DNA of 64,000 nucleotides from Eledone cirrhosa (Eukaryota): NCBI GenBank assembly GCA_964016885.1, contig OZ024745.1, positions 115,630,001 to 115,694,000 of the forward strand, read 5' to 3'. Shown piece by piece: positions 54,638 to 64,000 of this stretch (position 1 is its first letter; each line of letters starts with the position of its first letter). The notes under the pieces were generated by a model. It saw only the letters and a program-made list of their open reading frames with translations, ran no database searches and was not told where the DNA came from. The position numbers and the translations under genes were made by a program.

Positions 54638-55854
54638 TGACCATTACCAGTTGGTTCCAATGCATAGTGTCCGTCTCAATTCATCCAAATATTAAACTGG
54701 ACGACTACATACATGTTAACTATTGTACATCGTATATTTAACCATTTCCCTATCTCATCCAGGATACAATAAACGTGTTTACACTAAACTAAACACGATA
54801 TTAATTTTACGTATATACAGTTCTATATTTTATAATGAATCCTGAGAAACTAAGATTTTCATGTAAGTCCAATTTGTTCACTTCCATTAAAAGGACTATT
54901 GTTCCTTTAGAAATCAGTGTTCAGAATAAGAATATGCAAATTAACACTAGACAAAATCTTTGAAATTCTTTATTGCACACATAAAACACCAGTCTACTAA
55001 TCAAATTTGTTTGCGTTAACTATTCTTTACTGAACATATTTAATAAGTGTTAGTGGCTGATAAGATCTTTGCTTAAGCATGCAAATTGCATGTTATTGAA
55101 TTAATGTTTAAGTTCTTAAAATTATCTCCCTTTATATTTTGTGATCCAATAACAATACCTGCTAGGTTTTGCTTTCCTTTTCCTGTTAAAAGGGAAATTT
55201 CAATTTACTATAAAATGTTTTTTATACACCTTTTATTATATCAACACCTATTTGATGTACCTCAATCCATGTCATAATTACGTTTTTCTACCTTAATTCA
55301 ATGGTATTAAATTTAATTTCACCTCCTTTTCATTTTTAGTTCAGATTCGACTGAGGTCAATAACCTATATTTGAAACAACAATAAAAGAAACTATAAACA
55401 ATCAGAAGTATTTAATGAAAAACAAAAAAAGTATAATAACAGAAATAAAAGTGGAATATGCCTAATACAATAAGGTTTATTGATAAGGATTATTGGAAAA
55501 AGAAAATAGATAACTTTATCTAAATTTTGGTTGTCGTGACAGGTATCAGCAATAGTTTATCATGTTTTTATTGAGATGAGGAAGTTTTGTTTGAAATTGA
55601 AATTTTGAAATTTCATGTGTGAAACACTTTATAGGGAAAATATGAATTTTGACAGGTACATGTGTAAATGACAATATGGATTTGAAAATAAAAAGCATTT
55701 ACAGTTTCTTTTCATTTCTTTGCTTTTATGAAGAAAAGTTATATTTTATATTGTTGTTGACAATAAAATATCGATTTACAAGAGAAGAGTAAAAAAAATC
55801 AATTATTTTTCATTTATCGCAGTTTTCTTTTTTCAACAACGCTCATCCGAAAGC

Positions 55855-55862
55855 TATAAATA
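55855..55862 (+). promoter_or_regulatory. TATA box of the serine protease gene
   Basis: TATAAATA begins 38 bp upstream of the ATG at 55893. Confidence 0.6.
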
Positions 55863-55892
55863 TGCTAACATACCACATGATGACAAAACAAC

Positions 55893-55959
55893 ATGACCAT
55901 GGAGAGAATAGTCATAGCCGTTCTTGTGATTGTGTTGGCAAGCTGCTCAGCTTTACCTA
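55893..55959 (+). CDS. S1A serine protease exon 1 (signal peptide)
   Basis: MTMERIVIAVLVIVLASCSALP then A|GTAAGT phase-1 donor, matching the phase of exon 2. Confidence 0.75.
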
Positions 55960-56827
55960 GTAAGTCTCCTTGAAGATTACTTTTGTAATGCTCTTATAAA
56001 AAAATTTCTATCTTTCGACATTTTATATTAAGTTAAACACTTGAGAATGGTAGGATTTATTGACCGTGGTTGGATCCCCTGTTGTTGTTAGGGTGACAAT
56101 CTTGAAATTCATGTTTGTTTTGTAAGGCTCGAGAGAAAATAATAGAATACAGTGGAAATTAGGAAATTATTTATCATCAAATTCCTTTTCTTGAGATTGA
56201 TTATAAGCTGTCAGTGATAGCGCCAGCAAATGACACAAGAGATGTATTACCGAACTATTTCATAACTATATTTTATTGAAATATCCCTTTCAAATAACAG
56301 GATCCATTTCTTTAACCAAGATACAAAGTCAGTTTGACAACCCACAACCATTATTTCATAATTTAGAATGCAATTAGCCGTTGAAGCTATTCGGCTACAT
56401 TGTGTCACAAATTAAATTAGATGAACCCTTATAGGAATGTGCCTAAATAATAGCTTCACGTACCAATTATTAATTGAATTCTAAAATAAAGTTAATATAT
56501 GTTGATGTACGGAATTTTATGTTTACACTCAAAGTGAAGATTTATATACATAATATTTAAATGATTCATTCATAACTACTAATGGAAGGTTCTCAAAAGT
56601 CTCTTTTGTGTTGTTTAAATTTGAACTGTCAACTTTCAAAACGGTCAAACATTTCACTGTCAACCACGTTGCAAGGTCAAAAGTGTCGTTTGCTAAAAAG
56701 TATTTGTAACAGAGGAAATCCAGGGAGACATAAAAAAATTGTAGATGATGATAATGAGCCGGAGTATATACGTACCCCCGGACACACAGAAATACATTTA
56801 TACGTACATACGCCCCCCGCCACACAC

Positions 56828-56884
<57 letters not shown>

Positions 56885-56959
56885 GACACACACATATATA
56901 TATAGTTGCAGAAGAGTATTCATTTATCAGGTGAATTAATCCTGCCTTAACTACCATTA

Positions 56960-57021
<62 letters not shown>

Positions 57022-57029
57022 ATATCTAT

Positions 57030-57275
57030 CTAAGGCGGGTAAAATTCCCGAGATCCATGGACGAGTTCTCTCCAGCGGTCTCTGTCCCTCATTATCGCTG
57101 CCATATCCTGCATCTCCAACAGACCAGTGTCTGTCCTTAGGGCATCAACATATGTTAACCTTGGTCTTCCTCTTCTAGTGTGTCCATGTAGGGGCTCCCA
57201 AAGGAGCACTGAGTGCAATGTCAACTCTGGATGTCGGTGAGCATGTCCAGCTAACCTCAGTCTCCTCTGTGTCAC
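57030..57275 (-). mobile_element. LINE 3' end fragment (RTE-like) in protease intron 1
   Basis: RRLRLAGH...LWEP...RRGRPRLTYVD...RDRWRELV followed by a (TAGATA)/(TA)n tail. Confidence 0.8.
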
Positions 57276-57370
57276 TATATATATATAGAATTGGTTACAC
57301 AACAGTTAGTTCACCATACCGAGAACAATTGTTTCACCTTAGCGGTTCCTATAACCATGCTCGGAATGGG

Positions 57371-57608
57371 CATGGTTATAGGAACATGGTTATAGGAACA
57401 TGGTTATAGGAACATGGTTATAGGAACATGGTTATAGGAACATGGTTATAGGAACATGGTTATAGGAGCATGGTTATAGGAACATGGTTATAGGAACATG
57501 GTTATAGGAACATGGTTATAGGAACATGGTTATAGGAACATGGTTATAGGAACATGGTTATAGGAACATGGTTATAGGAACATGGTTATAGGAACATGGT
57601 TATAGGAA
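57371..57608. repeat. 14-bp tandem array, 17 copies
   Basis: (CATGGTTATAGGAA)17 = 238 bp with one variant base. Confidence 0.97.
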
Positions 57609-57634
57609 CAGGCTTCCTGTTCCTATAACCATGT

Positions 57635-57684
57635 CCATTCCGAGCTGACGATCCGCTAAGGTGAAACAATTGTTCTCGGTATGG
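57635..57684 (+). ncRNA. Minimal type-I hammerhead ribozyme motif
   Basis: CCATTCCGAG-CTGACGA-TCC(GCTAA)GGT-GAAA-CAATTG-TT-CTCGGTATGG; stem I 9/10 bp, palindromic stem III, predicted cleavage after 57674; stem II weak. Confidence 0.7.
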
Positions 57685-57927
57685 TGAACTAACTGTTGTG
57701 TAACCACTTCTACCTAACTCGTCCCATGGACTGAGTTCTCCACCACTACGGATATTACCTTCCAGTGTTCCACCACTATATATATATATATATATGTATG
57801 TATATATATATTTTTATGTCTATTTATTTATATATATATATACATATATATACATATATATACATACGTACACAGACACACGCACTTTCACATACGCACA
57901 CATTCACACACACACACACACACACAT

Positions 57928-58103
57928 AGGGGTCGATTAAACCGACCCAAGTGCATTACTGGTACTTTATTTTATCGACTCTGTAAGAATGAAAGAAAAA
58001 GCTAACCTCGACGAGATTTGAACTCCGAACATAAAGGGCCGCAACTCTATGCCACAAAGCCTGTTGTCCGACGCGCTACTGATACTGCCAATCTACCGCC
58101 CTT
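57928..58103 (-). mobile_element. SINE family B
   Basis: Matches the family consensus seen in the window. Confidence 0.8.
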
Positions 58104-59053
58104 AACTGTCTTACATAATATGAGTTATATTTGTATCTTCCATTGTTATATATGTACTTGCAGCTGACTAATTAACACACTCGGCGTCTGCTTTGTAATG
58201 ACTATGGTAACATTAAAATAACTTAGTACTCTCTATGTTTTAATGAAATCATAGACATTGCTTTACAGAAACACAACACTGGGCCCAATTGTCCTTATAC
58301 GCCCATGCTGGTCATGCGTAAGTGAATGAAGTGAAAAAAGGCAAAGTATAAGTTCTGTCTGGCTCACCAACTTTATCTGGTATTTAACCTGGCATTTGAT
58401 ACTCATTTTTACTTTACTTAACATCATCCGGGGAAACGCCTTCTCCATTCTGTCCGCCGGGGCTCTGGGGAAGCCAGCACGTGGGACCCCATTTGCTCAC
58501 CATACAGAGAGATGGGTAGGGCAAGAGAGATGGAGGTGATGACAGTGGGAGTTCGGCTCTTCCACGTTCGGACCATATCTTTGTGGTTATATACACTAAC
58601 TCAAATGTATATAACAGATAATGGAGATCCCAATATTTTATATATATATATATATATATAAATGAAATACCTTTTCTATTCAAGTAAACTGAACGCTGTG
58701 TGTGTATGTATACTTTACTTATAGCTCTCTTACTAAACATGAGGTGAATGAATTGTCTACGTTATTCCTTCCCACTTAACTAATCGGTTACATAACCAGA
58801 TCTATCAAACGGAGTCCTGTTTAGTACATATTTGTCACTATTGGAATATTCCAGTGACGATTCAGTCCTATTCAGTGATATTCCAGTCATCGAAAATGAC
58901 ATTTTACAACACAATCTAATTTGACAAGTTGAACAAAATATTCTGGGTGCGCCGTGTTTTATAAATGTCATTGTTTTCGTGCCTTTAATTGCTTCATTCT
59001 ATACATTTCTTCTGATCAATAAAATTTATAAGATTCTGTTTTCCATATTTCAG

Positions 59054-59198
59054 CTGAGCATATTGTGAGTGGAACAGATGCTGAATATTGCGAGTTTCCA
59101 CACATGGTTTTTGTCGATATTAAATTTGAAGGTGGTGGATCACTTTGTGGTGGCACTCTAATATCAAAGAAACATGTGTTAACAGCCGCTCATTGCGT
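59054..59198 (+). CDS. S1A serine protease exon 2 (activation site, catalytic His)
   Basis: TTTCAG| then (T)EH-IVSGTDAEYCEFPHMVFVDIKFEGGGSLCGGTLISKKHVLTAAHC(V) |GTAAGT, phase 2. Confidence 0.95.
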
Positions 59199-59524
59199 GT
59201 AAGTATTTCTCATAAAACCGCCTTTTACATAAAAATGTTCATTTCTATTTTGTATCATCTCAACCAAGGAATATCTCTAGTTTGCGTTCAGCATTACTTT
59301 ATGAGAAACATGCACTTATCTACTAAATATTCTAAATTCTAATAGTACCTATTAACTAATCTTTCATCTATTTACTACCATATTACACTGTGATAAGCCA
59401 AGGTCATGTATATTAGAGAAGAATTGAAGGATGTTGTTTAGACGGCAATATGATGGTAAATTGATGGTGGGAAAGAAAAGGAGCAATTGGTAAACAATTG
59501 TTCAAACGGTTTTGGTACATTAAT

Positions 59525-59830
59525 ATAAAGATCTGCTGACCACGGTGAAGAGGAGGAAGTTGAAGTGGTATGGGCATGTAACAAGATCGGATGGAGTCTC
59601 TAAGACAATTCTTCAAGGAACAGTGCAGGGAAAGAGAGGGTGGGGCTGACAAAGGAAGAGGTTGTTAGACAACAGAGCTGAGTGGACGGAAAAGAACTTT
59701 GCCACAACCCAAGGACTCAACCATGACTGACAGAGATGGGGGCACTTAGTGCAGAATTTAACATCGTAGTGTCTGGACGACCCCCAAAAAGGGTTACGGA
59801 ACCATAATGGGGATGATGAGGATGGTGACA
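59525..59830 (+). mobile_element. RTE-like LINE 3' fragment in protease intron 2
   Basis: DLLTTVKRRKLKWYGHVTRSDGVSKTILQGTVQGKR; (GAT)n-like tail. Confidence 0.8.
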
Positions 59831-59926
59831 TTAATATGAATTAATGTGCAGAAACAAACACTGAATAATCTGCGGTATTAACGGATTGAATTCAAACACT
59901 ACTAGAAGACTGATGGTGGTAATTTA

Positions 59927-60110
59927 ATGGTTTCTTATATAGGCACAAGGCCAGCAATTTTGGAGGAGGGGAAAGTCGATTAAATCGACCCCAGTTTGTG
60001 ATTGCTACTTTATTTTATCGACCCCGTAAGGATGAAAGGCAAAGTTAACCTCGGCGGGATTTGAACTCAGACCATAAAGGACCGTAACTATATGCTGCAA
60101 ATCCACCGCC
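59927..60110 (-). mobile_element. SINE family B
   Basis: Matches family consensus; inverted relative to the 61111-61320 copy in the same intron. Confidence 0.85.
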
Positions 60111-60802
60111 CTGTTGGTGGAAATATAATAAATAATAATATACATGAACGTATAGAACAACATTACGATATGCTAGAACATTTAACATTAATAAGACACA
60201 TACCATGAATTGGAATAGTAAGTAGTATATACTCCCTATGTAAAACACAATATCATAAGTGATTGCCTCTTGTCTGTTGAAAACACTCAGAGAAGTCATC
60301 TACTAATACAACCTTCAGTCAAGGAAGGTCTAACATTATATACACTCTGTTATTCACCCTTACCAAACACAATTCTTATCCCATGCTCTACATTTTCCTT
60401 AATTAAAATTATATTTTTCAATACCAGGTGTTATCTGATTATAACCTATGTTGGCAATACTTCATATGTTCTTAAGTAAGACAACTTATACTGTGAAGGA
60501 ATTTATCTATTTGATAACAGCCGACCTCAGATAACATCAGATTCTATAATAGCATTTTCTTGATTGAAATTAATGACATTTAAATTAAAGACGTTCATCA
60601 TAAAGTTATTTAGAAACAGTTGGGTAAATTAAGTTTTAGATACGAGCTTAATAGAAAAAAGTTAGTTGTTTATCAATATCCTTCAAAATGCTTCGTTATG
60701 TTTGAAATAAAATCTAAAAAATATTAGAAATATGATCGCATATCCGATAGCAAATATCCAACATCGCATGAAGTAAATGGCATGGCGTAAACAAATGACG
60801 TC

Positions 60803-60836
<34 letters not shown>

Positions 60837-60842
60837 TAAACA

Positions 60843-60934
<92 letters not shown>

Positions 60935-61110
60935 TATATATATGTATATATATGTATGTATATATATTTGTCATTACCACAACAAGAGTCCGACGAGGTT
61001 TTGATTCCAGAATTAGGCCAGATCGATACAGATCGAACCTTTAGGTGATCAATAGCGAAACGCACGTCACTACTCAATAAACATAATTAAGACATAATAA
61101 ATCGTCCTTA

Positions 61111-61320
61111 TTGGCAGTATCGGTAGAGCGTTGGATGCCACGCTTTGCAGCATAGAGTTACGTCCCTTAACAGTCTGAATTCAAATCCTGCCGAGGTTAA
61201 CTTTGCCTTTCATCCTTACGGGGTCGATAAAATAAAGTACCTGTCACGCACTGCGGTCAATTTAATCGACTTTTCCCTCCCCCCAAAATTGATGGCCTTG
61301 TGCCTAAATAAGAAACCATT
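61111..61320 (+). mobile_element. SINE family B
   Basis: Head TTGGCAGTATCGGTAGAGCG, B-box-like GAATTCAAATC, conserved centre and tail. Confidence 0.85.
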
Positions 61321-61419
61321 ATTATTATTCTTAAACCATTTTAATTAAATGAAAAATATATTTAATAAAATAAATTTGAATGACTAAATATTGTTATTTT
61401 CACTAATTCATTATTCTAG

Positions 61420-61541
61420 CGGCAGTAAAACAACTAAAGTTGATGCTCACTTTGGATCTACACACAAACTAAATTCTACCACTGTGATTCCAGTCAAAAA
61501 ATGGTTTGCTCATCCTAAATACAGAAAAACCAATACTGTTA
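61420..61541 (+). CDS. S1A serine protease exon 3
   Basis: CTAAT branch-like motif and TTCTAG| acceptor; GSKTTKVDAHFGSTHKLNSTTVIPVKKWFAHPKYRKTNTV; A|GTACGT phase-1 donor chosen to match exon 4. Confidence 0.88.
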
Positions 61542-61560
61542 GTACGTATGTTTTCTTATA

Positions 61561-61604
<44 letters not shown>

Positions 61605-61892
61605 GTATTTCAGTAGGAAAGGTAAAGGAAAAGAGAGTGCTCTATGTAGGCTAAAGAGCTTTTTAGTTATGTAAGAAACAACATAAGATAATTATTTCAT
61701 TTACCAGTGTTTTCTTGAAGACAGATATTTATGTCTGTCTTCATTCATCAGAAGAAATAATATCATAAAGTTATTTAGAAACAGTTGGGTAAATTAAGAT
61801 ATTATTTCTTCTGATGAATGAAGACAGACATAAATATCTGACTTCAAGAAACCACTGGGAAATGAAATAATTATCTTATGTTGTTTATTACA

Positions 61893-61898
<6 letters not shown>
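61605..61898. mobile_element. Fold-back cassette with degenerate hammerhead in both arms and a 37-bp loop matching upstream intron
   Basis: Arms 61664-61763 / 61799-61898; loop 61762-61798 identical to 60597-60633; (TA)n on both sides. Confidence 0.75.
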
Positions 61899-61960
<62 letters not shown>

Positions 61961-61967
<7 letters not shown>

Positions 61968-62325
61968 ATACTTTGGGAGGGTCATGTTGCCAATAAGAAA
62001 CACACGCACCAGTTGCTTTCACTTCAATTTATTATAATAAACTTATAAATTTAGGAATTTATAAATTTATAAATTTCTGGTTGGTTGGTTGGTTCCACAA
62101 CCAGATAGTTGTTTATATATTGTCAAAGTTCTTTCGTCACACATTCTGTGACCTCATCAGTGACTGGGGATTCTTTTCTTTGTTTATTATAATAAATTGA
62201 AGTCAAAGTTACTGGTGCGTGTGTTTTCTTATTGGCAACATGACCCTCCCAAAGTATAACAATATCGGTTTCAACACACGATTTCAGATAAAGAATCTTG
62301 CTAAACAAATTCAGAAACGAAATAT
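61961..62325. mobile_element. Fold-back cassette, family G, with spacer
   Basis: ~80-bp arms and tail near-identical to 22301-22505. Confidence 0.75.
62122..62164 (-). ncRNA. Minimal type-I hammerhead ribozyme motif
   Basis: Reverse complement GTCA-CTGATGA-G-GTCACA(GAATG)TGTGAC-GAAA-GAAC-TT-TGAC. Confidence 0.65.
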
Positions 62326-62514
62326 ATATATATAATTTGATTAAAATAACAGGAGTCAAACTGGTAATATTCCTTTAAAGTATTATTGTTGTGACAAACA
62401 CTATATATATTTCAATGGACTGGTTGCGTAAGATCCTGGCCACATAATGAGGATTGTATAATTAGTTAGTCAATAAGGGAATTACGGCAAACTTTAACAG
62501 AGAATATTTGATTC

Positions 62515-63208
62515 GAAGATCCTCTAGGCATATAGTGATACATATCCTCAAGACATATAGACAGATCCTCCAGACATATAGACATACAGATCCTCCAGAC
62601 ATATAGATAGATCCTCCAGACATATAGACATACATATCCTGAAGACATATAGACAGATCCTCTAGGCATATAGACATATCCTCCAGACATATAGACAGAT
62701 CCTCAAGACATATAGACATACAGATCCTCTAGGCATATAGACAGATCCTCAAATCATATAGACATGCAGATCCTCCAGACATATAGACATACATATCCTT
62801 CAGACATATAGACAGATCCTCTAGACATATAGACATACATATCCTCCAGACATATAGACAGATCCTCTAGACATATATACATACATATCCTCCAGACATA
62901 TAGACAGATCCTCTAGACATATATAGACATACAGATCCTCCAGACATATAGACAGATCCTCAAGACATATAGACACATCCTCTAGACATATAGACATACA
63001 TACCCTCAAGACATACAGACAGATCCTCTAGACATATATACATACATATCCTCCAGACATATAGACAGATCCTCTAGACATATATAGACATACAGATCCT
63101 CCAGACATATAGACAGATCCTCCAGACATATAGACACATCCTCTAGACATATAGACATACATACCCTCAAGACATACAGACAGATCCTCCAGACATATAG
63201 TGATACAT
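62515..63208. repeat. Complex minisatellite (21/25/27-bp units) with a 161-bp higher-order repeat
   Basis: Units GACATATAGACA(TACA)GATCCTC(C/T/A)A; diagnostic TACCCTCAAGACATACAGAC at 63001 and 63162. Confidence 0.92.
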
Positions 63209-63469
63209 AGCCACTGTTAAAATATGAATAATATGAATACAACTGATGTTTTCTCATTCCTTCCAATATTTAATTTTGGAGACTGGTACATTGTTTCATT
63301 TAATCTTCCGTATTACTTATTATTGCAATAGGGAATTTCCCCTTCAAAAAAAAGAGCCTATGTAGTTTACAATGCACATATTCTAAACCTTATAATGATA
63401 TGTATTAATTTACATACTTCCATATAAAAGACTAAAACACGTTTATAAAATATACGTTACTTTTTTCAG

Positions 63470-63601
63470 TTAATGACGTTGCAATTTTGGAATTGACGAA
63501 AGAAGTACCTTTGGGTAAATGCATTTCTGCTCTAGCTCTCCCTAGCAAAGGAGATACATATGAAGGTACATGTATGGCCGTTGGATGGGGCCTAACTGCA
63601 A
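63470..63601 (+). CDS. S1A serine protease exon 4 (catalytic Asp); gene continues past window
   Basis: TTTTTTCAG| (I)NDVAILELTKEVPLGKCISALALPSKGDTYEGTCMAVGWGLTA A|GTAAGC; GDSGGP exon not in window. Confidence 0.95.
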
Positions 63602-63912
63602 GTAAGCTTTGAATATATTTTTGATATTTAAAATTTTAAAACTCTTTTTCTACTATGCGTGTGTGTGTTTCCTAACTTACCTATTAATGTATAGAAATGT
63701 ATGTAAAAGGAAAACTACCAAAATTATATTAAGGATGTCATGTCTGAGAATATCAGAATCATGCGCCATACTACCTGTGAAATAAGCTCAAAGATTCCAA
63801 GTAGTAAATCCGAGCATTTATATCAAATTAAAAGTAGGATGGTGTATATATACATATAAAATAAACACATCAAACAATTACAGGGGATAATTTGTAAAGA
63901 GTGTAAACACAC

Positions 63913-64000
63913 ATAGTTACGGAGGTAACATATTAAAAATTAAACAAGATACCCTGCAATAATGATTGTTTGATTTTTAACATGATACCTCCGTAACTAT
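63913..64000. repeat. 35-bp imperfect inverted repeat reaching the window end
   Basis: ATAGTTACGGAGGTAACATATTAAAAATTAAACAA / TTGTTTGATTTTTAACATGATACCTCCGTAACTAT. Confidence 0.8.

Larger units (their letters stand above)
57286..57780. mobile_element. Fold-back cassette with hammerhead motif and internal 14-bp array
   Basis: Arms ~57286-57370 / ~57634-57712, turn GGAACAGG-CTT-CCTGTTCC, unique tail to (TA)n. Confidence 0.75.

Noticed and set aside
57371-57608. CRISPR array or interstitial telomere repeat
   Set aside because: No spacers; the 14-bp unit is not TTAGGG and derives from the flanking arm.
62462-63266. ORFs with (SICLEDL)n, superficially RING-finger-like
   Set aside because: Translations of the intronic minisatellite; frames shift with the 25-bp units.

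Overview
Eukaryotic, AT-rich, repeat-dominated animal DNA. The SINE families and (TA)n/(CA)n/(GA)n density suggest a coleoid cephalopod (Octopus-like); this is inference. The only host gene I can support is the 5' part of a secreted S1A (trypsin/chymotrypsin-fold) serine protease on the + strand: TATA box at ~55855 and four phase-consistent exons from 55893 to 63601, continuing beyond the window. Everything else recognisable is mobile or repetitive DNA: RTE-type and R4-type LINE remnants, three Penelope-like (RT + GIY-YIG) remnants, a near full-length pogo/Tigger transposon, DD37D mariner-like fragments, hAT and mariner MITEs, a Helitron-like element, two tRNA-derived SINE families, and 27-bp, 14-bp and 21/25/27-bp minisatellites. 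The most interesting signal is a set of about nine short fold-back cassettes in or next to (TA)n tracts. Several carry minimal type-I hammerhead ribozyme motifs of the Penelope-like type. One has a 14-bp unit reiterated 17 times at its turn, and another has a loop identical to 37 bp of nearby host intron. Also notable are a ~200-bp direct duplication bracketing the RTE LINE and a SINE sharing its 3' stem-loop with that LINE. Most ORF-track calls are microsatellite or antisense artefacts. Coordinates were read by eye, and element ends may be off by a few bases.
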